From: a virus
Lineage: Duplodnaviria > Heunggongvirae > Uroviricota > Caudoviricetes
Strand: one strand, 5' to 3'
IMG/VR virus record: IMGVR_UViG_3300028534_000514
Span: 192,001 to 256,000 of that record
Length of the DNA: 64,000 nt
In this document: positions 9,585-19,934 of the stretch, piece after piece
Numbering within the stretch: position 1 is the stretch's first letter
Layout of the letters: each line of letters begins with the position of its first letter
Position numbers and translations under genes: made by a program
Notes under the pieces: model-generated
What the model was told of the DNA's origin: nothing
The model's database searches: none
The model's input: the letters and a program-made list of their open reading frames with translations, nothing else

Positions 9585-10529
9585 ATGGCAGATACAGATA
9601 CTACCCCCAAATTTTTTGATAGTGTGCCAGGCATACTCAAAGGTGTGTATAATGCTGAACAAGGAAAAGATAGAACATGGGATAATATTGTTGCCGAAAA
9701 AATTAAGGCACTGGCTGATAGTTATGATATAAATAATGATAAAATTACTAATATTTTATATGATTGGCACAGACAAGTAACCATTGGATATAAACATGAT
9801 CAAAATTTTGCTCCTCATGTGAATGGTTTTTACATGATTTTTATGGTACATGGTACTTGGTATGAACAATATAAAAAGTATGTTGCCCCTAATGGATCAA
9901 ACGACGCTGGATTATCAAAATTACCAGATGGAGATTTGCATTTCGATAATCCAGGAAGTTATTTTAATATGCTAGCTACTGATATAGATGTCCCGGATAT
10001 TACTGAAGAATATACTTCTGTGAGCTCGAGATTAAGAAACAGCTTTGTTCCGTCTAGAAATTATTTTGTATCAGACTTTAGTATAAGTTATATTGAAAAT
10101 ATTAATTTAGATATAATGAGATACCATGAAGGATGGCATAAATATTTAAATTTGGTTCGTCGTGGGGAGGTTAATCCTTATGAAGGTTCAAGTAAAGAAT
10201 GTCGAAATAATAACAATGGTTATTTTGTCGAAGTTCCCTATTCAAATGCGGTATGGGTCGCTGTCTTTAAACCGTTCACAACTGAAATTCAACTATTAAT
10301 AAAATTAATAGGTGTAATGCCAGTATCGATGCCGTTAAAACAGATTGTCGGTAATAGAAGCGCATCAAAAATGACAGTATTAAATATGTCATATAAAGCA
10401 GCTGATTTATTCTATAAATTTTATAATAATACAAAAGAATTTCTTGATGATGATGGAAATTTAGCGACAGCTTTTCGCTCTGAAGTTATGAACGCTTCCA
10501 ATGCATCATCATCCGCCACCAATATTTAA
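9585..10529 (+). CDS. Tail-tube-fold protein (gp19/gp48/gp54-like tube or tube initiator)
   Basis: DIDVPDIT...DFSISYIE...IMRYHEGW...LIGVMPVSMP fits the tail-tube pattern; adjacent to the baseplate gene. Confidence 0.55.
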   Translation: MADTDTTPKFFDSVPGILKGVYNAEQGKDRTWDNIVAEKIKALADSYDINNDKITNILYDWHRQVTIGYKHDQNFAPHVNGFYMIFMVHGTWYEQYKKYVAPNGSNDAGLSKLPDGDLHFDNPGSYFNMLATDIDVPDITEEYTSVSSRLRNSFVPSRNYFVSDFSISYIENINLDIMRYHEGWHKYLNLVRRGEVNPYEGSSKECRNNNNGYFVEVPYSNAVWVAVFKPFTTEIQLLIKLIGVMPVSMPLKQIVGNRSASKMTVLNMSYKAADLFYKFYNNTKEFLDDDGNLATAFRSEVMNASNASSSATNI

Positions 10530-10546
10530 AGGACAAAGGAGATTAA

Positions 10547-13048
10547 ATGGCATTAATTACATATAACGCCACCCTAACCGAATGGGAAAATATAATTAGA
10601 GTTAAACTTAAGGTTGCAAATCCTGCTTTAATTAAATCAGGAGCCTTAGGGGTATTAGTTAATTATTTAGCAGGAATTAAATATGATACTTTACAATTTT
10701 ATACAAAAACTTTTCAAGAGACAAATGTAGGTTTAGCTCAAGATTTTAATAGTATGTTATACCATAGCACTATTTTTGGGACAGAACTTGAATTTGCAGT
10801 ACCTGCTACTTTAAGCTCAAGTATTGTGGTACCCGAAGTTTCAGTAGCAGGTACTGACGTACTAATATATACTATTCCAAGATATACTCCATTTGTAGAT
10901 ATTAATGGTCTAAATTATATTTTTATATCTGAAATTAAAATGGAATTTAGTGCCGCCGGCTTAAAAGCGACTGCGTGGAACCCACAGAGCGGTACCAGAA
11001 AATTAACTGTTACTAAAACAGCTAATCCAAATGTGCCAGGAGCCAATGTATACTTAGTACACAATTCGGATGCTCAACAATTTAAAAGAGATTTCTGGTA
11101 TTATAATGTGCCTGAATATAATGTAGGCGAATCATTTTCCGCTTCCATAGGAATAGAAAATATAGTTGAGTTGAAGGAAATAAACGCATGGGTAAATACT
11201 GGAGTACCATTAACACAACAGCAAAAATATGAAATCGAATTAATGGATCCAGATAAAGTTGAGGGTGCATTTTATGAAGATGGCGTTGATCTAAAAAGAT
11301 TAAATATTAAATTCTATAAATTTGATAGTTCTGCTAGAGACAACGATATATTTTTTGATATTTATGAAACAAGTATTAAATTTGAGACAGGAGATGGGAC
11401 ACATGGAAGTGTACTTCCAGCTAATTCCGAATTAATTATAGACGTTCAAAATACAAAAGGTGAACAGGGAAATGTTTCGAATTCGGAATTTTTATTAACA
11501 GACGTTTCAATAAGTGATGGTGATTATAAAACAACTCTTAACGGAGTTAGTACCACTGGGAGTTATGGCGGAAAGAATATTGAGCAAATAGATGGGATTA
11601 GAGAAAATATTTTTAATCAGATTACCATTAGAAATAGTGTTATCACAGAAAATGACTATGAAAGATTATTTAAATATCAGGACATCAAACCATTTGTCGA
11701 TGCAAAATTTTTAGATGCAAAAGCATTTGTTTTTCTTTTTAACGTCATCCACGATAATGACCAAGTAGTAGAAACAATGGCATTTAATTATAAAGAATCA
11801 GATTTAATTAAAACTCCTTTTTATCCAATATATAGTTATAGTGGACGAGAATTGGTAAGCCCATTTTATTATAAAGCTCGTGACATAAATACAGTCGATG
11901 CTTATATCGTAAATCCACAGGTAACCTTTACTTTAAATCCGTCTACAGATTCGCCAACCCAAACCGCACTTGCAGATTATAGAATTGATTTAGCGCTTAC
12001 CTATGAATTTCAAAGAACTCAAAGTGGTATGACCGGCCTTTCATTTATAGAGATAATAAGTGATGTTAATCCAGATTACGAATATAGATTTTATTGTTCT
12101 TGGTTGGGCGCCGGTGGATACATTACATTAAATTCTGGAAATGATTTTAAGTATGAAATTAATACAATGTATACTGATCCATATTGTATTGTTCGTGATA
12201 TTACTAAAGATATTCGCGTAGAGGTTTATGACTTAACAACTAATACTGAAAATAATTATACACAAGAACTTTTAGTTATATTTACTGATAGTATGGAATA
12301 CCATCAGCTTATAAAAAAACAAACTTTTTATAAGTATTATAGAGATGCTGAAATAATTGATACCACTACAACATCTGATTCAGTAGCTTATTTAGATAAT
12401 CAATTGTCGAATTTAATGGCGACAACTACCGATGTATTTGAGGTTAGCGAAGAAACCAATAGCGAGGCTTACCTATTAAGGGTCCCATTTATAAATTTAG
12501 AATGGTTTTTTGGAAAAAACGCAAATGAAACATTCGAAATTATGGATGACTATTTTATTGTCGAATATATTGGAAATAATATTAATTATAATACACAACT
12601 AATTCAAACTTTTCATAATACTATTGATATTCCTTCAAAATATTATCCTTATTTATTTGAAGAAAATACTATGCCAATCCTTGATAAACCGATGATGGAT
12701 ATTAAGATAGAACTATTTGTGGATAGAAATATCTTCATAACGTCAGAGTATTCAACGGTTACTGATTTGGAATTAGCGGTCAAGATTCTTGCTATTAAAT
12801 ACTTAAAGAATAAAGAAGGATTTATGGTCGATTATTTTGAAACTGATCTCGAAAAAGCAATATATAATGAATTTTCACCATTAATTCTAAATGTAAAGGT
12901 TGGTAATCCAACTATGTTTCGGGTAAATACCCCGGATACGATATATGATGGAATTCAAAAAAATCTAGATTTTGAGGATATACTTGATTTTATTCCTCCA
13001 TATTTCTTCTACGATTATAATAATATATTCGTAGATATTAAAATGTAA
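10547..13048 (+). CDS. Baseplate wedge protein (T4 gp6 / baseplate J-like)
   Basis: IKFETGDGTHG...TKGEQGNV and SYGGKNIEQIDGIRE...RNSVITENDYE match gp6/J motifs. Confidence 0.75.
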   Translation: MALITYNATLTEWENIIRVKLKVANPALIKSGALGVLVNYLAGIKYDTLQFYTKTFQETNVGLAQDFNSMLYHSTIFGTELEFAVPATLSSSIVVPEVSVAGTDVLIYTIPRYTPFVDINGLNYIFISEIKMEFSAAGLKATAWNPQSGTRKLTVTKTANPNVPGANVYLVHNSDAQQFKRDFWYYNVPEYNVGESFSASIGIENIVELKEINAWVNTGVPLTQQQKYEIELMDPDKVEGAFYEDGVDLKRLNIKFYKFDSSARDNDIFFDIYETSIKFETGDGTHGSVLPANSELIIDVQNTKGEQGNVSNSEFLLTDVSISDGDYKTTLNGVSTTGSYGGKNIEQIDGIRENIFNQITIRNSVITENDYERLFKYQDIKPFVDAKFLDAKAFVFLFNVIHDNDQVVETMAFNYKESDLIKTPFYPIYSYSGRELVSPFYYKARDINTVDAYIVNPQVTFTLNPSTDSPTQTALADYRIDLALTYEFQRTQSGMTGLSFIEIISDVNPDYEYRFYCSWLGAGGYITLNSGNDFKYEINTMYTDPYCIVRDITKDIRVEVYDLTTNTENNYTQELLVIFTDSMEYHQLIKKQTFYKYYRDAEIIDTTTTSDSVAYLDNQLSNLMATTTDVFEVSEETNSEAYLLRVPFINLEWFFGKNANETFEIMDDYFIVEYIGNNINYNTQLIQTFHNTIDIPSKYYPYLFEENTMPILDKPMMDIKIELFVDRNIFITSEYSTVTDLELAVKILAIKYLKNKEGFMVDYFETDLEKAIYNEFSPLILNVKVGNPTMFRVNTPDTIYDGIQKNLDFEDILDFIPPYFFYDYNNIFVDIKM

Positions 13049-13057
13049 AGGATAGAT

Positions 13058-13588
13058 ATGTGTCCAAATATAGCATTGCTAAAAACATATAAAGTTTATC
13101 CAAGAAAAATAGAATTTAATTATTTAAAAGATAAATTTTTTATTTATATATATTTAAATCCATTTGTGGAATACAAACGCGCAAAATCTTATAAAATAGA
13201 TAATAAAGAATTTTGTTTTGCGTATGAGCCAATTTATATTGGTAAAGGGACTGGAGCTGGTTATAGACAACATCAGCATTTAACTGCCTTTTTAAAAGGC
13301 AGAGAGAATAACTCATATAAAACAAAAATTCTCGATCAAATAAGTGATGGCATGGCAAAGGCCGCAGCCACAGGTGATCACACAAAACCCTGGAACTGGA
13401 AAGAATACCAAACTGGATATATTGTGGTTTTAGAAACGTTTAATGATCCTAAACAATTATTAAAATTTGAAATGAAATTAATTAATAGTATCGGGACAAT
13501 CTTCGATCATTCTGGACCATTATCGAATAAAATAAAAAATGCTTACAGTTTTGAAAATTTAAGCACAGGAAAACAACCGCTATTATAG
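13058..13588 (+). CDS. Stand-alone GIY-YIG (LEM-3-like) nuclease
   Basis: FIYIYLNP...PIYIGKG...R..QH...E..LI...LSN. Confidence 0.65.
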   Translation: MCPNIALLKTYKVYPRKIEFNYLKDKFFIYIYLNPFVEYKRAKSYKIDNKEFCFAYEPIYIGKGTGAGYRQHQHLTAFLKGRENNSYKTKILDQISDGMAKAAATGDHTKPWNWKEYQTGYIVVLETFNDPKQLLKFEMKLINSIGTIFDHSGPLSNKIKNAYSFENLSTGKQPLL

Positions 13589-13600
13589 CGGTTGTTTTTT
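13570..13600. terminator. Bidirectional intrinsic terminator at the strand switch
   Basis: 13-bp stem aaaacaaccgcta / tagcggttgtttt with A/T runs on both sides, between convergent genes. Confidence 0.85.
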
Positions 13601-13610
13601 CCAGTCTAGT

Positions 13611-14006
13611 TTAAGCGTAGTTTTGCTTCCACCAAATCCAACGCTCTCTTGTCATTTTAACTGATATTTTAAACCCATCGATAAGAACTACTCTAATTAT
13701 GACTTGCTCCTGGGGACCATGGACAGGTTCCTCTTCTATAATCATTATATTATTTAAATTAATAAAAAGATCCTCTGTTAAAGGTACAAAATTATATTGT
13801 TTAAAATAATTAGTAGGCTTAAATTGTTCGTCTCCGACAATAATCGTTTCCGTCCTTATGGATGCCTTATATTTCCATTTAACTTCTACTAGGAAATCAG
13901 TCTCTCTTTTTTGTATAGTAAAATAACCAATATTTCTCCAATTCACGCGCAGACCATTTTTGGTAAGAACTGTCCGCGCTCGTGTAACATTTGAACTATT
14001 TCTCAT
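13611..14006 (-). CDS. Hypothetical protein, possibly LytTR-like DNA-binding
   Basis: FVPLTEDLFINLNNI...VVLIDGFKISV resembles the LytTR beta pattern; SD gagga. Confidence 0.5.
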   Translation of the reverse strand: MRNSSNVTRARTVLTKNGLRVNWRNIGYFTIQKRETDFLVEVKWKYKASIRTETIIVGDEQFKPTNYFKQYNFVPLTEDLFINLNNIMIIEEEPVHGPQEQVIIRVVLIDGFKISVKMTRERWIWWKQNYA

Positions 14007-14061
14007 ATATTCTTCCTCGATTTTTCATTTATATTTAGCCAATAACCTAATATTTTCATAT

Positions 14062-15516
14062 CTAAATATTCAGAAAATTTGCACGACGAATGCTCGAGGT
14101 ATCTAATGATTTTTTCATTAAAATAATAAATTTTTCGATAGTTAAGAGATATTCATCATATGAAAACCCAAGAGGTTTAAAATTTTCATCAAGATAATGA
14201 CCAAGATTTAGTTTTTGCACAAGGTCTTTCGCCATAGCGTCTAAAATTTCATTGACCGTTTCCTCGTCCCGGAAATAGATATAAAACGACTCAAAAAAGT
14301 GTTTTACTAAAAGATCTTTTATAATCATTTTATTCTTTTTAAGAATATTTTTCTTAAAAAAATCACTTGAAATTTTATAATAATTTCCTTCTTTTAAAAT
14401 ACTATTTCTAGTATATTTTAGATTGGTGGTATAGAAAAATAAATGATCTAAAAAAGCCATATTTGAATCTTTTCTATATGAACTAAAAACATCGAAGTAG
14501 TTTGGCTCTAAAAAATTTTGAGTATATTCATCACTCAATAAACTAAAATTCGATTTCAAATATCTTTTATTTTTTAATATATAATTAAAAATTAAAGAGG
14601 TCATTATGAATTTTTTAGGATTTGCCTGCTTTCCCTGATCAAAAATTAAATCAAAATTTTCAGTAAATAAACCTTCTAATGATTTAAAATAACCGAGTTT
14701 GATTTTGGTTAAATTAGTTGCGTAAAAACTAAATAAATTTTTATGTATTAATGTAATATAAGAACTAAAAATAGCTCTAAGAACAAACGGATTTTTATTT
14801 CGTATCGCTGTAAATAACATATACTTTAGAATTTTTTCAACAATAACATCTGGTGTAATCATTAATACATCATAATAAAATTCTGAAATTTTGGTTTTGG
14901 CATTATATTTTCCAAGCCATTGTTCTATTAACGATTTAATAGTTAAAGTAAATCGTGTGAGTTCCTGATTATAAGCAATAATATTATATAACTCATTAAT
15001 AAATAATTCTGTCGGATTTTTAGTTCCGTTGATATTCTTTATGGTATTAGCTGTCATATATGTTTCAGCTAATCTATTAATAACTTTAAGCAGATAGTGA
15101 TATGAAACTAGTGTAACTCTTTGTACACCATCTTCAAACATTGTTAATGGTATAGGATCCATAACATTTTTAAAAATTTCTTCGAAATGATCGGCGTGCA
15201 ATTGACCAACATTCTTTCGAAGAAAAGCTATTTCATCTTGTTTATATCTATCCAATCGCTCCTGAACTTTTCTCTGCAATTCAAGAAAAAGATCTTCACC
15301 AAATTGCAGAACATGCTTTTTCTTACCAGCTTTTAAATTTTTGGTAACCTGATTCCAATCAATAGTTTTTTCTAACTTTTCCTGAAGCCAAGTTTCAATT
15401 TCATTATCAATATTCCATCTTTCCAAAAATTCGGTAGTAATTTTTTCGACTACTCTATAATCCAAAGAGAGTTTTTTTTCGCGATTGTTATCTAATTTTT
15501 TTCTAACAATTTTCAC
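14062..15516 (-). CDS. Hypothetical protein; candidate promoter-specificity subunit of a non-virion RNA polymerase (AR9 gp226 / phiKZ gp68-like)
   Basis: 484 aa, helical; size and segments resemble AR9 gp226 as recalled, not searched. The CDS is solid; the function is tentative. Confidence 0.4.
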   Translation of the reverse strand: MKIVRKKLDNNREKKLSLDYRVVEKITTEFLERWNIDNEIETWLQEKLEKTIDWNQVTKNLKAGKKKHVLQFGEDLFLELQRKVQERLDRYKQDEIAFLRKNVGQLHADHFEEIFKNVMDPIPLTMFEDGVQRVTLVSYHYLLKVINRLAETYMTANTIKNINGTKNPTELFINELYNIIAYNQELTRFTLTIKSLIEQWLGKYNAKTKISEFYYDVLMITPDVIVEKILKYMLFTAIRNKNPFVLRAIFSSYITLIHKNLFSFYATNLTKIKLGYFKSLEGLFTENFDLIFDQGKQANPKKFIMTSLIFNYILKNKRYLKSNFSLLSDEYTQNFLEPNYFDVFSSYRKDSNMAFLDHLFFYTTNLKYTRNSILKEGNYYKISSDFFKKNILKKNKMIIKDLLVKHFFESFYIYFRDEETVNEILDAMAKDLVQKLNLGHYLDENFKPLGFSYDEYLLTIEKFIILMKKSLDTSSIRRANFLNI

Positions 15517-16064
15517 GAATCAGCTCCCTCAATAAAGGTATTCCAAGGAAAGTCCAGCCAGGTTTTAAGCTCACCTTTTTTAATATATTTACCAACAACA
15601 ATTCCTTGAGTTTTTACTTCACTCTTCGGTTGTTGGCTATATAATACGGTTGGGATTACTTTGATTGCTTTACGATCATCGCGCAATTCCATTGACATTT
15701 CCTCCATAATCTCCCAAAGAACTGTTATAGTGGTTCCTGTATCAATTAAATCATCAACAAGAATAATATTATCAAAGGAATCATAATCAAGCATAAGAGC
15801 ACCGGAAACTTCCATTTTGGCTTTCTCACCAATTTCTGTGCCCTCATATAATTTAGACTGAATAACAGAGATATTCCTAATACCTAGCCCATAGGCAATA
15901 TATTGTGCAGGAATTAATCCTCCTCTTCCAATACCAACGACTAATGTTTTTTTAGTATTAAGTTTTTTCTTTCTTAATTTCTTTACAACTTTACAAGCAG
16001 CTTCTTCAATATCATTCGAAGATAGCTCTATTTTTTTAAATTTAGGAGATTTATTTTTAGCCAT
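15513..16064 (-). CDS. Purine phosphoribosyltransferase (Gpt/Hpt-like type I PRTase)
   Basis: VVGIGRGGLIPA, PRPP-binding motif ILVDDLIDTGTT, C-terminal WLDFPW. Confidence 0.9.
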   Translation of the reverse strand: MAKNKSPKFKKIELSSNDIEEAACKVVKKLRKKKLNTKKTLVVGIGRGGLIPAQYIAYGLGIRNISVIQSKLYEGTEIGEKAKMEVSGALMLDYDSFDNIILVDDLIDTGTTITVLWEIMEEMSMELRDDRKAIKVIPTVLYSQQPKSEVKTQGIVVGKYIKKGELKTWLDFPWNTFIEGADS

Positions 16065-16467
16065 TATTTTTATCCTCGTTATTAGAGCCTTCTTTTGCTT
16101 CGAGATACCCTTCAGGCATTTCTGGAAAATCAGATTTAATTACCGGAAATCCATTCTCTTTAAGAATTTCTTGAATACTTTCACCTAATTCAAATGCGTC
16201 TATATCATCCAATCTATCTGGATCAACACTTCTTAATTTAGATTTATTTTCAGTATAACTTACTCGAACGATATAAGGTTCAGTTAGATCTTCAATTAAA
16301 TACGTTTTATGTTTTACAATATCATTGTACAGAGTTTCCGCCTCGTCCACATTAGCAGGCATCTCTTTTAATTTAATAACCTCTAAGGAAACAAGCCCTC
16401 TGGTATACACATCTTTAACTTTTTCTTTATTAATTTTAATATCATTAATTTGAAGTTCACTTCCCAT
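16057..16467 (-). CDS. Hypothetical protein
   Basis: 136 aa, SD aagga, overlaps the next gene's start. Confidence 0.75.
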   Translation of the reverse strand: MGSELQINDIKINKEKVKDVYTRGLVSLEVIKLKEMPANVDEAETLYNDIVKHKTYLIEDLTEPYIVRVSYTENKSKLRSVDPDRLDDIDAFELGESIQEILKENGFPVIKSDFPEMPEGYLEAKEGSNNEDKNNG

Positions 16468-16579
16468 TTATTATCCTTTTTTTCAATTTTTTAGTATAAA
16501 TTATTTTAGTAGTAATATATGATTATATATGTATTTGCTGGTTCATAGCAGCAAAAAACTTTTCTATAAAAATTGAGAC

Positions 16580-16618
16580 AAAAAAATAAAGAGAGAGGGT
16601 TACCTCTCTCTTTATTTT
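16580..16618 (-). terminator. Intrinsic terminator
   Basis: 16-bp stem aaaataaagagagagg / cctctctctttatttt with a U run on the - strand. Confidence 0.8.
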
Positions 16619-16743
16619 GCATCTTCGAACCGAAGATCAATCGGCGTAACTTCTCGAGGAAGTATTACCGTCTTAGATTTTATATCCGAATGGGAATGAT
16701 TAAGTTTTTTAAACCATTCCTTGAGTTTAATTAAATAACTCAA
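16612..16743 (-). CDS. Small protein (43 aa) absent from the ORF track
   Basis: SD aaaggag + TTG; (M)SYLIKLKEWFKKLNHSHSDIKSKTVILPREVTPIDLRFEDAK; stop lies inside the terminator stem. Confidence 0.6.
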   Translation of the reverse strand: MSYLIKLKEWFKKLNHSHSDIKSKTVILPREVTPIDLRFEDAK

Positions 16744-16775
16744 AATTACTCCTTTCGAATTTAATCGATTTAAAT

Positions 16776-18590
16776 TTAATTAGGAATTACCCCTAATCCT
16801 TGGCATGTTTGGCACTCGCACAATGAGTACTCGTTGTCTAGAGCCTCTCTAGATTTATTAAAATCAGCTAGCTGATTATTTAGATAATTAATTTTGGTTT
16901 GTAAATCTAAGAAATTATAAAAATCAATTAAACCCTCAATTTTTGGAATTAGTTGAATGATAGTTTTTGTTTTTTCTTTATAAATTTTGGATGATTCTGT
17001 TATTTTGATAAAATCAGAAATAGAAGTTATCGAATTAACATTATCGACTAGTCGTTCAATTAATTCTTTTTGAGTATTATTGTATTCTACTTTGTTTCTC
17101 AATTTATTAATAGAACCCTCTGTCTCTTTTAGCCAACTTATTCCGTCTACCAAAGATGTAAAAATTTGTATTTTTTCTACTATCTGTTCTAGTGATTTTG
17201 ACTTGACCGAAAACCTATTTAATTGCGAAGATAGTTCTTTAAACTCCTCGATTAATTTAACATAGTATAATTTTAAATAATAATCGACTTGAATTTTGGC
17301 CTTGGTTAATTCTTCATTAGATTCAACAAGAGCTATTTGTAAATCTTTATGCTCTTTAGCCATCTCCTGCATTTCCTCTTTTGATTGAGCAATAGCTAAC
17401 GCAATATTTTCTGTATTAAATAAAAAAGAAAAAATCTTTTCACTATCACTCGCTTTTGAACCGATAAGAAATAAACCATCATACTGATTTGTATACGCGA
17501 TTCTCTCCGTCTGTTCCTTTAGTGTTCCTTTAAAATTCTTATACATTTTTTTTACATCAATATATCGAAAACCAATTTCTTCAACAGCTTCCTTTAATTT
17601 ATCGGCTGCTAGTGATTTGCCAAAATACTCTTCGCCTTCGATAATAAACATAACCTTACCAGATTTAAACCTAAGACCTATCTCCTTTTTCGTACTCTCA
17701 CCAACATAACCAAAAGTAATCTCGGTAGTAAGTTTCTTACCATTCGGATTTTTTCTTGGATAACTATCAGTCTTGAAATTATTAAAAAGGATTGCTTCAA
17801 TTGCTCTTAAACTCGCTGATTTACCACTATTATTTGGTCCTCTTATAATAGTAAATCCTTTAAATATAAAAGATTGATCTTTTATGGATTGAAAATTTTT
17901 GATATGACTGTAGAAATAATTTTCGGTCGGCCTTTCCCCTATAATATTATCAATCTCTAAAACTGGTACATTTTTTTCATCAATGGCTGCAGAAACTTCA
18001 TATACAATATCTGCATGTTCTTCTAATTCTTCTGTTTGAGATACAATAACTAAAGTAAATCCATACTTTTCACAAAAAACCTTTAAAAATTTAGAAAGTC
18101 TTTTTCTATATTGGGGACTAACTTGGCTTAAGGCTTCATCAAAAATATAAAATTTATTTTTAGAATACAAGTACCCGATAAGTATTTTAAAAAATAAACT
18201 AGCAATTGAAAGAACACCTCCTCCATTAGAAGTTAGTAATTCGTCATTTCTTGCGATCTCAATACCATTCTGATAAAAGATTATATCATACTTTTGGGTA
18301 CTTGCTGCAGATTTCCCTTTAGTCTCTCTTGGTTGTATATCTAATTTATAATCGCTTTCAAAAATATCGCGCATAGCACTATTAATAATTCCAAGTATAA
18401 AATCTTTTCTTTTTTCTAATTTATAATTTTTAAGATATTCTAATAAAGTTTTTGCTCCATTCCAATTTTGCAAATCTGTATCTAATGATTGTAATCTTGT
18501 AGTTAAGTCCAAAATATTATTTTGTAAGCGTTGAACATTTGAATTAGCTACCCTCCATTTTACCAGGATCTCATCCGATTTATGATTCAT
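16776..18590 (-). CDS. SbcC/Rad50/gp46-like ABC ATPase, circularly permuted
   Basis: Signature-like SNGGG (aa 121) and Walker B YIFDE (148) precede IKNFQS (230) and Walker A GPNNSGKS (251); terminal CxxC. Confidence 0.85.
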   Translation of the reverse strand: MNHKSDEILVKWRVANSNVQRLQNNILDLTTRLQSLDTDLQNWNGAKTLLEYLKNYKLEKRKDFILGIINSAMRDIFESDYKLDIQPRETKGKSAASTQKYDIIFYQNGIEIARNDELLTSNGGGVLSIASLFFKILIGYLYSKNKFYIFDEALSQVSPQYRKRLSKFLKVFCEKYGFTLVIVSQTEELEEHADIVYEVSAAIDEKNVPVLEIDNIIGERPTENYFYSHIKNFQSIKDQSFIFKGFTIIRGPNNSGKSASLRAIEAILFNNFKTDSYPRKNPNGKKLTTEITFGYVGESTKKEIGLRFKSGKVMFIIEGEEYFGKSLAADKLKEAVEEIGFRYIDVKKMYKNFKGTLKEQTERIAYTNQYDGLFLIGSKASDSEKIFSFLFNTENIALAIAQSKEEMQEMAKEHKDLQIALVESNEELTKAKIQVDYYLKLYYVKLIEEFKELSSQLNRFSVKSKSLEQIVEKIQIFTSLVDGISWLKETEGSINKLRNKVEYNNTQKELIERLVDNVNSITSISDFIKITESSKIYKEKTKTIIQLIPKIEGLIDFYNFLDLQTKINYLNNQLADFNKSREALDNEYSLCECQTCQGLGVIPN

Positions 18591-18897
18591 GATTATCCTT
18601 TACGATATTAGTTAAAAGGGTTACTGCCAGAAAATTATGAGCGGAAATTGCCTCCTCGAACGTTACAAATCGAAAACCAATGACCTCAAGATTTTTTGTT
18701 ATACCCTTTTCGAGTTTAAGAATAGACGCCTTGGTAATTAGAGTGACAACCCATTGTTCGTTTTCCGTTATTAATCCAACATTAATAATATTTGCTTTTC
18801 TGAGATCGATATTATCGCCACTCATTTCTACAGTACCGTCATCTCTTAGGATATATTCCCCTATTTTTATACTTGTAGTGTACGGTGTGTCCGACAT
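18580..18897 (-). CDS. Hypothetical protein
   Basis: 105 aa, overlapping both sbcD and sbcC. Confidence 0.7.
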   Translation of the reverse strand: MSDTPYTTSIKIGEYILRDDGTVEMSGDNIDLRKANIINVGLITENEQWVVTLITKASILKLEKGITKNLEVIGFRFVTFEEAISAHNFLAVTLLTNIVKDNHES

Positions 18898-19934
18898 TAT
18901 TGTAAAAGCTCCTTTGCTATTTTTACGGATTCTTCCGTTATATTTCTCTGTTTAGCGATTGTAGCTAAAAGAAGTTCATCATCATTCAATTCTTCATCTT
19001 GCTCAAGATTAATCTCTTCAAAAAATTTAAATCCATCTTTTCCCAATTCTTGTAACATATTTATAATATCTGTATTAAACGCTTCACTAAAAGGTAGAGT
19101 CTCAAGTTGAATCTCTTTAAAATCCGTTATAAATTCATTTCCTATATTAACAATATTACCATGTATAAAGGAAGGTTTATGCTCATCGAGCTTTACATGA
19201 TATTCCCTCATAACTCTTGTCAAGTTCCACGGATTAAGAAAGACTGTATTATTTACTGTTTGTATAGCTCCACCTGACGGTTGGAGATGCCAATGCCCGC
19301 ATCCAATAACATTAAAACCATATTGAGAAAGTTGATTATATGTAAAATCGGTTAATCTCGTTTGTTCATCTGTTATATTTGAATGCATTAAAAGAATTTT
19401 AAAGGTATTTGTATTTGAATTATTTTTCCGTTCTAATTCTTCAATTACTTTATCGATCGATTGATGGTGATCAATTCCATATAATTCCACTAATATATTT
19501 TCATCTGTTTCCGATAGATAAAAATTAATTGGTGGTGTATTCGTCCCGATATAATTAATTAAACCTAATTCTACCATTTCACCAAAAACTGTGCCGGCGA
19601 TACTTTCATAACCATCAAAATAATCATGATTGCCCGAATTAGAATAGATAGTTAACCCAGCCCTCTTAAATTTTAAAAGACGTTCTTTATTGGCCTGCAT
19701 TTGATTAAAGGACCAATCTTTCTTCTTACTTTTTTCAAAAACATCTCCGGTGAAAAAAATATTTTTAATATTATTGGCTATCGCATATGAAATAATTTGA
19801 TCCAATTTATTATCGATTGCTCTTTCCCAACCATGTTTTCGAATATTACTTCTAAACCCAAACATAAGATGAGGGTCCTTTACTAAAATAAAATCAAATG
19901 CCATCGGTTTTTGATTAGTATTGGAAATACTCAT
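18897..19934 (-). CDS. SbcD/Mre11/gp47-like metallophosphoesterase nuclease
   Basis: DPH, GDVFE, GNHD, MHS and GHWH motifs; co-operonic with the SbcC-like gene. Confidence 0.9.
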   Translation of the reverse strand: MSISNTNQKPMAFDFILVKDPHLMFGFRSNIRKHGWERAIDNKLDQIISYAIANNIKNIFFTGDVFEKSKKKDWSFNQMQANKERLLKFKRAGLTIYSNSGNHDYFDGYESIAGTVFGEMVELGLINYIGTNTPPINFYLSETDENILVELYGIDHHQSIDKVIEELERKNNSNTNTFKILLMHSNITDEQTRLTDFTYNQLSQYGFNVIGCGHWHLQPSGGAIQTVNNTVFLNPWNLTRVMREYHVKLDEHKPSFIHGNIVNIGNEFITDFKEIQLETLPFSEAFNTDIINMLQELGKDGFKFFEEINLEQDEELNDDELLLATIAKQRNITEESVKIAKELLQ

